Below, piece after piece: positions 57,437-64,000 of a stretch of DNA of 64,000 nt. The stretch spans positions 1,231,293-1,295,292 of the forward strand of contig OY762227.1 in NCBI GenBank assembly GCA_963665485.1, read 5' to 3'. The position numbers and the translations under genes are program-made. Each line of letters opens with the position of its first letter. The stretch's first letter is position 1. The notes under the pieces are model-generated. The model was not told the origin of the DNA. It saw only the letters and a program-made list of their open reading frames with translations, and made no database searches. This stretch comes from Bacteroidales bacterium. Lineage in GTDB: Bacteria; Bacteroidota; Bacteroidia; Bacteroidales; UBA4417.

Positions 57437-58018
57437 TTATTGCGATTTCAGATATTTCCTTTTTGTGTATAAAACATAGCTGTACGAACAAGTCGCACCA
57501 ATAAAGGCGCCTCCTAAAACATCAGATGGAAAATGTACTCCAAGGTACATTCGTGAATATCCAATCAAGGTAGCCCATATTAAAACCGGGATTATAATGT
57601 ACCATTTACGGTAAACCATAACTATAGCAATCGCAAAAGCAAAGGCGTCGGCAGTATGTCCCGAGGGAAATGACGGGCTTCCGCCAACACTTAGTTTATG
57701 GATAAAGGAATATACTTCGTAAGGCCTTGGGGTGTCGAAGACGTATTTAAGGATATTTGCAATGATGGCCGACAAAGCAACCGGGATAAGGATCATTAAC
57801 GCTTCACGGCGCAATCCCGGAATTTTCTTCTTCAGGGCTATAAGCAATAGGATTACAGGCGCTCCAAAAGCAATTGCTCCGGCGGAATTGGTAAGGAAAA
57901 TAATAATGGGATCTATTACGGGAATCCTGTTTTCGAAGATTCCTTTTAGTATTCTAATGTCTAATTTCTGCAGACCAGGCATCAATGACAAAAAGAAAGT
58001 ACCGGCGGAATAAAACAT
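57437..58018 (-). CDS. PAP2-family phosphatase (membrane)
   Basis: KYVFDTPRPY, PSGHT and SRMYLGVHFPSDV motifs. Confidence 0.85.
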   Translation of the reverse strand: MFYSAGTFFLSLMPGLQKLDIRILKGIFENRIPVIDPIIIFLTNSAGAIAFGAPVILLLIALKKKIPGLRREALMILIPVALSAIIANILKYVFDTPRPYEVYSFIHKLSVGGSPSFPSGHTADAFAFAIAIVMVYRKWYIIIPVLIWATLIGYSRMYLGVHFPSDVLGGAFIGATCSYSYVLYTKRKYLKSQ

Positions 58019-58279
58019 TGCGCAAACTTTGAGTGATGTAGCCTGAGTTTGTTATCCTTTAATTAAGAGTGTAAAATTAATTCTATCAACCGGATTATCA
58101 TTACTAACGGCAAAAGAAAAGTTTTAAACTTCAGTTTCCCGGAATCAGAATAAAAAACTGCCAGGTGATTACCTGAGCATTTTCCTGGTGTTTTACCACG
58201 GCATCCGGGTAATGGAGATTTCCATTTGCAGCCGGAACTTTGCGCTGATTACTGCCAGATAAAGAATGTTTTATAGGGA

Positions 58280-58834
58280 TTAGCTGCCTAATTTGTCCAA
58301 TGTAATATTTACATCAACCTGTATGGCTTCGGATATATTTTTAATAACCGCTTTTGGGATAGCAATATTGTAATCTTTCGGAGCTACATTAAAAGTAGCT
58401 TTCCCTAGAACCTTCCCACTTTTAACCTCAAGCGTGCCGTTAATTTTCACCTTGTTGGTTACACCGTGCATTGTAAGGTCGCCTTCTGTAACTACTTTAT
58501 AAACACCATCTTTAGCCAGATTTACATCCTTGATACTTGTTATTTTCCCGCTGTAGGTTGAATTCTGAAATTTATCCGATTCCATATAATTTTCGTTAAA
58601 ATGCTCCTGCATAAGTGCTTTTTCGAATTCGAAACCCTGGATCAGGACTTTGAAAACAAAATTGCCTGTCGAGAAATCAAGCGCGCTGTTCACCTGGTGG
58701 TTTATACCCTGTATTTTTTCCATCGGTGTATCTGAAAAGAATTTTATAGTTCCGCGTTTGGTCATATATTTCTGGGCATTTGCTATGCCGGCGGTAAACA
58801 ATAGGATTGCCAGGATGGTTGTGATCTTTGCCAT
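58280..58834 (-). CDS. YceI-family periplasmic protein
   Basis: Signal peptide plus a YceI-like pattern (GTIKFFS..., GDLTMHGVTNKV). Confidence 0.75.
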   Translation of the reverse strand: MAKITTILAILLFTAGIANAQKYMTKRGTIKFFSDTPMEKIQGINHQVNSALDFSTGNFVFKVLIQGFEFEKALMQEHFNENYMESDKFQNSTYSGKITSIKDVNLAKDGVYKVVTEGDLTMHGVTNKVKINGTLEVKSGKVLGKATFNVAPKDYNIAIPKAVIKNISEAIQVDVNITLDKLGS

Positions 58835-59268
58835 TGTGTATGGAATGTAAAAGGGTGAATGAAAAAAGAGATTTTTCCCGTCAGCATGAAGTATTACAAC
58901 TGATGAAGACCTTAGTAACGCATATCGGATTCGTTTATTTTAAATTTCACAGATCCGAAGTATCTGGTACGATTTAGAAAATAATCGTAAATATTTGTTA
59001 ATGAACATATAAAAATGATATTTCATTTTTATAAGGACATTCAATTAAGTATTTTTAACAGATCTGTCGATAATAAACGAGTTGACATGAACTAATTATT
59101 CAATTTCTGTATCAGTTTAGTAATGGTAGTCTTTTCAGTATGTTCTTTCCAGACAATCTGATTACTGCCAGAATAAATAAACTTAAAACATGCGGTTGTG
59201 AATATATTTTGTAACTTCGCGCTCCGCTAGTGAAATAGAACGGGACAGTTTTATATTTGAAATTAATT

Positions 59269-59357
59269 GGAGAGGTGGCCGAGTTGGTCGATGGCGCACG
59301 CCTGGAAAGTGTGTATACCCCAAAAGGGTATCATGGGTTCGAATCCCATCCTCTCCG
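59269..59357 (+). tRNA. tRNA-Ser (anticodon GGA)
   Basis: GGAGAGG acceptor pairs with CCTCTCC. Anticodon stem CACGC/GTGTG with loop CTGGAAA. Long variable arm (class II). T-arm GGGTTCGAATCCC. Confidence 0.9.
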
Positions 59358-59564
59358 CAAAAAGCTAAATATCAATAGCTTGCAATGGTATACTGACACT
59401 GAATACCCATTATTCAGCTAATTTTTTTACGAACTACCAGCGATCACTTCTTCTTCACGAATGAGTGATCTTTTTATTTTATACGTGTTAGTATCCATTA
59501 GTTATTCAACCTGTAAAAGGCTACAGACCCTCAGGATTTTATATATGTGTTGGATCGAAACCAA

Positions 59565-60374
59565 TTATCTGATTGCAAAATCAACAGGAATAATTAGCAT
59601 GCATGCGATTGGTTTCCCTTTATAGTAGGCAGGCTGCCACAGTGGCATTGATTTTACAAGTCTTATAGCTTCCATATCGAGTTCAGGATCAATTCCGCTT
59701 ACAATCTTTGGATCTTCAACCATGCCTTTTTCATTAACAACGAAACTAACAATTGTACTTCCTTGAATGCCTGCCATTAGTGCATTAACCGGGTAGTGCT
59801 GGTTCTTATAGAAATAATACAGGATTGCGGTATTTCCACCGGGAAACTGAGGTGCTTTCTCAAGCGTCAATCTAATGGTGTCAGTTTGAAGCGTCAAGTC
59901 ATTTACTAAATCTTTATGCCTTTTTAATAGAATATCTGCAAGCTTATTAAGTGATGTATCAGCTTTAGTAAGCATAGGAATGATTTTCACTTTGGGTAAA
60001 TCTGCCTTGTAATTTTGTATTTCCTGATGTTCAGCCATGCTATTCGGTTCTGCTGATACTATCAATGGTGCCGTATTTCCTTTTGGAACCTCAGGAAAAC
60101 GTAGTAGCAACGGTATTACCTCTTTATTGTACTTTACAGGTTCAAAGTACGAATTGTTAACTGTTTCAGAATCTTCGAACAATGGATTGATGTTCCAGAA
60201 ATAGAGTATCGCTGTTATAAGCAGGAAGAGGAATAGTGCCAGTAAATAGCTGTTTCGTAACCGACGTTGGTAATTAACCCTAAGATCATAACAACCGTAT
60301 GCCTTGTTTCGGTTCTCGAACACGATATCATCAAGGGTTTTAACCGGTTGCTTTTTTCTTCGGAATGCTTTCAT
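59565..60374 (-). CDS. TonB-family energy transducer C-terminal domain protein
   Basis: MKAFRRKKQ start and one TM helix (LLALFLFLLITAILYF). C-terminal TonB_C-like region APQFPGGNTAILYYF...GIQGSTIVSFVVNEKG. Confidence 0.75.
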   Translation of the reverse strand: MKAFRRKKQPVKTLDDIVFENRNKAYGCYDLRVNYQRRLRNSYLLALFLFLLITAILYFWNINPLFEDSETVNNSYFEPVKYNKEVIPLLLRFPEVPKGNTAPLIVSAEPNSMAEHQEIQNYKADLPKVKIIPMLTKADTSLNKLADILLKRHKDLVNDLTLQTDTIRLTLEKAPQFPGGNTAILYYFYKNQHYPVNALMAGIQGSTIVSFVVNEKGMVEDPKIVSGIDPELDMEAIRLVKSMPLWQPAYYKGKPIACMLIIPVDFAIR

Positions 60375-60648
60375 TATTTGGATTTGCAACAAATATTGCG
60401 CCATTGGAGACGACAAAGTTAAACAGAATTGTTGTTGACATGGAGCGTCAGCAAGATTTGAACAGAATAGTTTGTCCGCCTCAACCAGAAAACATCTGGA
60501 AGACTATACTGAATTAACGTTTTATTGTTCCTGTTTATTTGATAGTTCGAAACTAATCAGCCTTGTGAAAATTTATGGGTACTGGTTTTGTCTGAATTAC
60601 AAACAACCGGCCTGGACAAATACCCCTGAAATATATTCGGAATTTACT

Positions 60649-61572
60649 CTAACTTTCTTTCTTAGGCCTGGTGGTCAGGGCATAAATATAATATAAGATG
60701 CCTGTAACGCCAATAATACTGATAGCGGTCAGCCAGGCAGCATTGTCCAGGCCGAAATTTTCGGCATTGGTGTGAATCATTCCTTTGCGAAAGAGAAATT
60801 CAACAAGTACAGATAGAAAGTTGTTGGTAAAATGAGCCACAATCGGCAACCACAAACTCCCGCTCCAGAAATACAGGTATCCCAGAGCTGTTCCCAGTAA
60901 AAACCGTGGGAGAAATCCATAAAATTGAATGTGAATGGCTGAAAAAATAAAAGCAGAAAGAAAAACAGCCAGGTGTACATTCCTTGTCCAGTCCTTAAGC
61001 AAGCCGGCTAAAGCGCCTCTGAACAGAACCTCTTCTGCAAGGGCAGGAAGAATGGCAATCATAAAAATATTTACCAGAAGACCGCTCATGGATGTAGTGG
61101 CAAGAAAAGCCTCGGTGATCATTTCTCCTTGTGCTTCAGAATTCTTCATCCAGTTTTCGATAGATGAAAGTCCTTCAGGCAGAGATAGATAGCTGTTAAG
61201 TTCGCTTGCCCAGCCGATCAATGGTTGTGCAGATAGTATCAGAAACGCGGACAATACAATTGGCAGGTACTTGACTGATTTGCTGAAACTGATGAAAGTT
61301 TTGGCCTCCGGCGAACAAAGCCACATATAAATAAAAGCCGGGAGTAATAAACCTCCTGCCATATTTAGAATCTGAATGGCTTTCATGGCATTAACTACCG
61401 CAACGCTACTGTAATCAGGTGCTGAAAGCAAACTAATAACACCAGTTCCGAAGAATGGAACCAGCACCAGAATCCCTAGCAATGTCGAGAACAGCAGAAA
61501 GCTGAATACCAGCGTTATCAGCAGGATAAACTTGCTGCCATGGTTTATTTGGCTATACGCACCTCTAAGCAT
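60649..61572 (-). CDS. CPBP-family intramembrane glutamic endopeptidase (CAAX protease-like)
   Basis: EEVLFRGAL, FSAIH and HFTNNF motifs in a polytopic protein. ATG at 61572 (TTG at 61590 also possible). Confidence 0.8.
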   Translation of the reverse strand: MLRGAYSQINHGSKFILLITLVFSFLLFSTLLGILVLVPFFGTGVISLLSAPDYSSVAVVNAMKAIQILNMAGGLLLPAFIYMWLCSPEAKTFISFSKSVKYLPIVLSAFLILSAQPLIGWASELNSYLSLPEGLSSIENWMKNSEAQGEMITEAFLATTSMSGLLVNIFMIAILPALAEEVLFRGALAGLLKDWTRNVHLAVFLSAFIFSAIHIQFYGFLPRFLLGTALGYLYFWSGSLWLPIVAHFTNNFLSVLVEFLFRKGMIHTNAENFGLDNAAWLTAISIIGVTGILYYIYALTTRPKKES

Positions 61573-61633
61573 AGTGTTTGTTTGCGGCAAAAGTAATGAA
61601 TAAGGTTTAATCGTATACGTTGTTTAATGTTGC

Positions 61634-61641
61634 TATTTTTG
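61634..61641 (+). promoter_or_regulatory. Bacteroidota -7 box (TATTTTTG) upstream of dusB
   Basis: Matches TAnnTTTG, 20 nt upstream of the ATG. Confidence 0.45.
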
Positions 61642-61660
61642 CAGTTCGAAAAATTACTGA

Positions 61661-62632
61661 ATGTTAATAGGTAAAACTGACCTTGGGAAATTCCCGGTTA
61701 TTCTTGCTCCTTTGGAGGATATTACGGATTCGGCATTCCGCGCTATTTGCCGCATGCATGGTGCTGATATGGTTTACACTGAATTTGTGTCGTCGGAAGC
61801 ATTGGTGCGGTCGGCTGTAAAGAGCAGCAATAAAATGGCATTCGACGAAACCGAACGACCAATAGGGATACAGATTTTTGGAAATAATGTCGCGGCGATG
61901 AAAAATGCCGCTTTACTGGCTGAAGAGCTGAATCCTGATTTAATTGATATCAACTTTGGCTGCCCGGTCCGGAAAGTGGCGATGAAAGGCGCGGGAGCAG
62001 GTTTGCTGAATGATATTCCGTTAATGATAGAAATAACCCATGAGGTGGTGAAAGCGGTAAATACACCTGTTACAGTGAAAACCAGGCTTGGCTGGGATGA
62101 AAACAGCAAAGTAATTGTGGATGTAGCAGAGCAACTTCAGGATGTGGGAATACAGGCAATTACCATTCATGGCCGGACAAGAGCACAAATGTATTCGGGC
62201 GTGGCAGACTGGACGTTGATTGGTGAGGTAAAGAATAATCCCCGGATGAAGATTCCTGTAATTGGAAATGGTGATATAACCAGCGCTCAGAAAGCCGCTG
62301 AAATGTTTGATAAATATGGTATTGACGCCATCATGATTGGTAGGGCAGCCATTGGTAATCCATGGATATTTAAAGAAATCAAATCATTTATTCAAAAAGG
62401 GGAATTAATCCCGCAACCTGATTTGCAGGAGCGGATGACGGTAAGTCTGGCACATTTGAGGCTCGCCATACAAAAGAAAGGTGAGCATAAAGGAATTGTT
62501 GAAATGCGGAAACATTATGCCGGGTATTTCAAAGGCCTGCCGGGTTTCAAAAAAGTAAGAATGGACATGCTGACAAGGCAGAATTTTGATGAGATAGAAG
62601 GGATTCTTCAAAATTTATCTTGCCAATACTAG
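61661..62632 (+). CDS. dusB: tRNA-dihydrouridine synthase B
   Basis: 323 aa. LAPLEDITDSAFR, INFGCP and TIHGRTR motifs typical of the Dus family. Confidence 0.9.
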   Translation: MLIGKTDLGKFPVILAPLEDITDSAFRAICRMHGADMVYTEFVSSEALVRSAVKSSNKMAFDETERPIGIQIFGNNVAAMKNAALLAEELNPDLIDINFGCPVRKVAMKGAGAGLLNDIPLMIEITHEVVKAVNTPVTVKTRLGWDENSKVIVDVAEQLQDVGIQAITIHGRTRAQMYSGVADWTLIGEVKNNPRMKIPVIGNGDITSAQKAAEMFDKYGIDAIMIGRAAIGNPWIFKEIKSFIQKGELIPQPDLQERMTVSLAHLRLAIQKKGEHKGIVEMRKHYAGYFKGLPGFKKVRMDMLTRQNFDEIEGILQNLSCQY

Positions 62633-63021
62633 TTAATCGGATATCTTATTGTTTCTTTTCTGATTTTGTCACCGGCAAGAAAAAATAGGTAAGGCACATT
62701 GCCCGGAAATTAATGCGGAACAGAAAACAGTTATGCTTTTCCTGGAACAATAAGTAACAAACATTTGGGTGTTAAAACGAAGATTATCAGCAATATAGTA
62801 TTTGTCCACTATCTGTGGGTTTACTGTTTTGAAGTTGCTGTTCAATACATAGTCATAACGAAAAATCAGACCGAATCCGGGTATTTTCATCCCTGGACTT
62901 ATTCCTGTACCTCCTTTTCTTAATCGAAATTTAAAGTCCCATTTCGGGAATTTTACATTATTTTTGTTTTTCTTTGTTACTTTTCCGTTTTTAGGAAATT
63001 AACCTATGAAAAGGACACCTT

Positions 63022-64000
63022 ATGGAAACATTTAAAATTTTTGTGGTCGAAGATGATGTTATGTATGCGAAAGTTCTCTCGTATCATTTATCTCAAAACC
63101 CAGATTATGACGTATCAATTTTTTCGTCGGGTAAGGAGTTACTCGCAAATTTATATAAAGGACCCTCAGCCATCTCGCTCGACTTCAATCTTCCTGATAT
63201 GAGCGGATTTGATGTGTTGAAACGCATCAGGGAATTTGACCCCGAGTTACCCGTCATAATTGTTTCGGGCCAGCAGGATATTTCTACAGCAGTGGAACTG
63301 CTGAAGAAAGGTGTTTACGATTATGTTCTCAAAGATCCGGATACCAAGGACAGGATATGGTCGGCGATGCGGAATATTAAATCAAATTTCAACCTCAAGC
63401 AACGGATTTCAAACCTGGAAGATGAGATAGGGAAAAAATACGAGTACAATAATCTTATAAAAGGGGATAGCCCGGCTATAAATGCAGTATTCAGACTTAT
63501 CGAAAAAGCAACAAAAACAACCATTTCAGTATCGGTACATGGCGAAACTGGTACAGGAAAGGAACTTGTGGCTAAAGCTATACATTTCAACTCGAAACGT
63601 AAGAATAAACCTTTTGTTGCCGTAAATGTAACAGCAATTCCTCGCGAACTTATCGAGAGTGAAATGTTTGGCCATGAGAAAGGTTCATTTACCGGTGCTA
63701 ACGGTCAGCGCATCGGGCGGTTTGAAGAAGCCAATCATGGAACGATATTTCTTGATGAAATAGGCGATATGGACCTGAACATGCAGGCGAAATTACTTAG
63801 GGTATTGCAGGAAGAAGAAGTGGTAAGGGTTGGTTCCAATAAACCGCAAAAACTTGATGTCAGGGTAATTGTGGCTACTCACAAAAACTTGCTGGATGAA
63901 GTTAAAAAAGGCAATTTCAGGGAAGATTTATATTACAGGTTGTTAGGATTACCCATCGAGCTTCCGCCACTGCGATCGAGAGGCAATGATATATTTTTAT
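63022..64000 (+). CDS. Sigma-54-dependent response regulator (NtrC-like), 3' end outside window
   Basis: Not in the ORF track because there is no stop in the window. Receiver domain (FVVEDDVMY...SLDFNLPDMSG) is followed by an AAA+ domain (GETGTGKELVAKAIH, GAFTGA-like GSFTGA, FLDEIGDM). Confidence 0.85.
   Translation, partial: METFKIFVVEDDVMYAKVLSYHLSQNPDYDVSIFSSGKELLANLYKGPSAISLDFNLPDMSGFDVLKRIREFDPELPVIIVSGQQDISTAVELLKKGVYDYVLKDPDTKDRIWSAMRNIKSNFNLKQRISNLEDEIGKKYEYNNLIKGDSPAINAVFRLIEKATKTTISVSVHGETGTGKELVAKAIHFNSKRKNKPFVAVNVTAIPRELIESEMFGHEKGSFTGANGQRIGRFEEANHGTIFLDEIGDMDLNMQAKLLRVLQEEEVVRVGSNKPQKLDVRVIVATHKNLLDEVKKGNFREDLYYRLLGLPIELPPLRSRGNDIFL

Noticed and set aside
60472-60696. 74-aa + strand ORF between the TonB-like and CPBP genes
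   Set aside because: It overlaps the 3' end of the CPBP gene on the opposite strand, and its TTG-type start is unsupported. No motif was seen.
62669-62890. 73-aa minus-strand ORF between dusB and the response regulator
   Set aside because: It has no motifs and an odd composition, and it lies in the probable promoter region of the response-regulator gene. It is likely non-coding.
1-64000. Search for CRISPR arrays, rRNA genes, IS elements/transposases, relaxase/oriT and toxin-antitoxin pairs
   Set aside because: No regularly spaced direct repeats, rRNA-like sequence, DDE/HUH transposase, relaxase or obvious TA pair was recognised by eye. Absence should be confirmed with dedicated tools.

Overview
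Bacteroidota-type chromosome segment, judged from a SusD-like gene, TAnnTTTG -7 promoter boxes, a FeoA-FeoB fusion, a PG0541-family gene and many lipoproteins. The backbone covers two stretches. Bases 1-19.35 kb hold a susD tail, a GPH sugar symporter, a GH94 cellobiose/cellodextrin phosphorylase, a feoAB locus with a porin and an atypical LuxR regulator, a MarR-TolC-RND efflux operon and a TetR gene. Bases 57.2-64 kb hold a PAP2 phosphatase, YceI, tRNA-Ser, a TonB-like protein, a CPBP protease, dusB and a sigma-54 response regulator. Between them lies a ~37.8-kb integrative element inserted into the 3' end of tRNA-Arg(CCG). It is bounded by a perfect 23-bp direct repeat at 19355-19377 and 57178-57200. 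The element is mosaic. In order it carries: a tyrosine integrase; a translationally coupled four-gene methyltransferase / helicase-nuclease / DUF262-DUF1524 operon next to a truncated hsdM relic; a DUF3987 primase-helicase-like gene with small DNA-binding genes; an AT-rich block of secreted repeat proteins and lipoproteins; a three-gene Lamassu/ABC-3C-like system; a ~2-kb ORF-free, C-rich/G-poor region ending in a strong terminator and a long imperfect inverted repeat; an operon of small zinc-ribbon-type proteins; and a head-only morphogenesis module (TerS, TerL, protease/scaffold, capsid, portal). The head module is preceded by four unannotated lysine-rich micro-ORFs. No tail or lysis genes are recognisable. 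No CRISPR array, rRNA or transposase was seen. All functional calls come from motif recognition by eye and none were checked against a database.
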